Source: Somniosus microcephalus
Taxonomy: Eukaryota
Direction: 5' to 3'
Assembly (NCBI GenBank): GCA_052327205.1
Contig: CM126212.1
Coordinates: forward strand, 60,636,001-60,700,000
DNA: 64,000 nucleotides
Shown here: positions 62,407-64,000 of the stretch, in pieces
Layout of the letters: every line of letters begins with the position of its first letter
How positions within the stretch are numbered: position 1 is the first letter of the stretch
Translations under genes and position numbers: made by a program
The notes under the pieces: model-generated
The model's input: only the letters and a program-made list of their open reading frames with translations
Told to the model about the DNA's origin: nothing
The model's database searches: none

Positions 62407-63139
62407 GGCCCGTATTTTCCGATCGCAGGCCTCCCTGGAAAAATCTATGCCCTTACCTGAGGACTCCCGGGACACACACGCTTCCGATCCTGGACCTCTC
62501 CAAACTCCAAGTGTGCAGGGCCCACATATCCCAGAGACGCAGGCAGTTCGCAAGCGTCCCTGGGATCACGTGGGCCATGGGGAGCCAATAGAAGGGAATC
62601 TCCCTTCATACACTTGACAGATAGACCTGTCAAATATATGAATGGAGATCATCCCAAAAACATAGTAAAACTTTAAATAATTTTTTTTTTTAATCACATT
62701 TTTAAAATGACTTGAAATTACAATAAATTAAGTATTTTAAAACAATAAAAATTACATTTTTTGAAAAAAATTTGTTTTTTACAGGGCTAAAAATAAACTT
62801 ACCTTTTTAAAAGTATTTTTAAATGATAAATCAGTGAAATTTTTTTTTAAACCTTTTTTCAAACTCTTATCCTGGTAAAAGCAGGTCTTACTCCTGTTTT
62901 TACCAGGCGTAAGAATTGTCAGGGTTTTCTGTGGGCGGAGGTTCTCCAAAAAGCGGAACTATCCGCCCGCAGAGGCCCTTCTCCAGGGCAGGCGGAGGAT
63001 CTCTCAAGACCATTCTTGACAGATCGGAAATGCCGGTTTTCAGCGCATGCACTGTGCATGCCTGAAACCGGCATTTCCAATGTCCCTACGGGTGTGTACA
63101 CAGCACGTACCCACCCGTAGGGATCGGAATATCTGGGCC
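62407..63139 (+). mobile_element. PIF/Harbinger-like MITE
   Basis: GGCCCGTATTTTCC...GGAATATCTGGGCC; homologous to 40396-41162. Confidence 0.8.
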
Positions 63140-63399
63140 ATAGTGTTGGATGTTAAGTGCTTTGGGATGTCCTCTGGCATGATAGGGCACTGGATAAATA
63201 CGAGTTATTTCTTTGTATGCTACAAGAGAAAACACTGGAGCGGGATTGGGTGGTACTGGTGGATAGCTCACTGAAACCAATACAGGTGTGGTAGCAGTAA
63301 AGAAATCTAACTGGATGCAGGGATCATTTGCCAAAGGGATCCCCGGATGGTAATAGTGAATCTGTACAAGCACTGCTACAGCCACAGTAAGGTTATCCA

Positions 63400-63750
63400 G
63401 GCATTGGAAGCAGTACAGTACTGATACCTATCTTAAGGCATCTGAGTTATGAGGAGAGATTGAAGACCTTGGGATTGTTTACTCTGAATGAGAAGATTCA
63501 GGGAGGCATTATGCAAGATTTTTAAAATAATATATTCAAAATTGTCACAAATTCTAGAACCAGGGGACAAAACTCAAGCTTAGAAGAGTGAAGGTGCACA
63601 GACTAATTTATGCAGCAGGTGGTGAATGTGTGGAGTGAACTGCCCAAAGAATTAGTGATGGCAGATAGCTGAGGGAAATATTTAAGAAAAAATTGGTTAG
63701 ATATTTGAGGGAGTGGGCGATCCTGATCCACTACTTTCCTATGTTTCCAA
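63400..63750 (+). mobile_element. Decayed CR1 3' fragment
   Basis: GAGTTATGAGGAGAGATTG (SYEERL), AGAACCAGGGGAC (RTRG), GGTGGTGAATGTGTGG remnants. Confidence 0.6.
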
Positions 63751-64000
63751 TGAAATTAAACTTACAGTTCTCTTGCGAAGCCAGGCAAACCAGTGATTCT
63801 AACACGCCACAAGGACTTTTACACTGGAACTCAAGCTATAATAGAGTGGCACTCAAACAGAGAGCTGCAGTCTCTTCTGCCATTTGTGGTTCACCCTTCG
63901 TTGGAGGAACAAGATGCACTTCCGTTGTCAAGAATCATGAAAAACTGAGCTACCAATGCTACTACTGGCTTTATGAAAGTTTGGTTGTATATTTTATAGT

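Larger units (their letters stand above)
61693..63215 (+). mobile_element. Old Deu-SINE interrupted by HE1 and a Harbinger-like MITE
   Basis: A box TGGCTCAGTTGG at about 61701, Deu core 62140-62270, tail resumes at 63150. Confidence 0.7.

Noticed and set aside
59401-64000. MARF1 promoter or first exon
   Set aside because: No CpG island outside TEs and no convincing exon; probably beyond the window.

Overview
Vertebrate genomic DNA, almost certainly a cartilaginous fish (shark/ray), judging by its repeat set (HE1 V-SINE, SacSINE1/Deu-SINE, HER1-type CR1, Penelope). One gene dominates the window: MARF1 (LKAP/KIAA0430) on the minus strand. I assembled 26 coding exons by hand (59342 to 9201). 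All introns are GT-AG with consistent phases, giving 5253 nt, i.e. about 1750 aa, with NYN RNase, two RRMs, a LOTUS/OST-HTH array and the C-terminal KLAANFS motif. The likely 3'UTR ends near 7110; the first non-coding exon and promoter appear to lie beyond 64000. Introns and flanks hold many, often nested, transposons: a near-full-length CR1 inside a Helitron, Penelope with hammerhead-like ends, Tx1 and L2 fragments, several SINE families, and Tigger-, Harbinger-like and hAT MITEs. Most notable are a tRNA-Lys(CTT)/Tx1 chimera within one candidate TSD, four uAUGs in the 58 nt before the start codon, near-identical inverted HE1 copies bracketing the NYN/RRM1 exons, and inverted Penelope hammerhead termini. 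I see no clear new multi-gene system. Family names come from recalled consensus features, not database searches.
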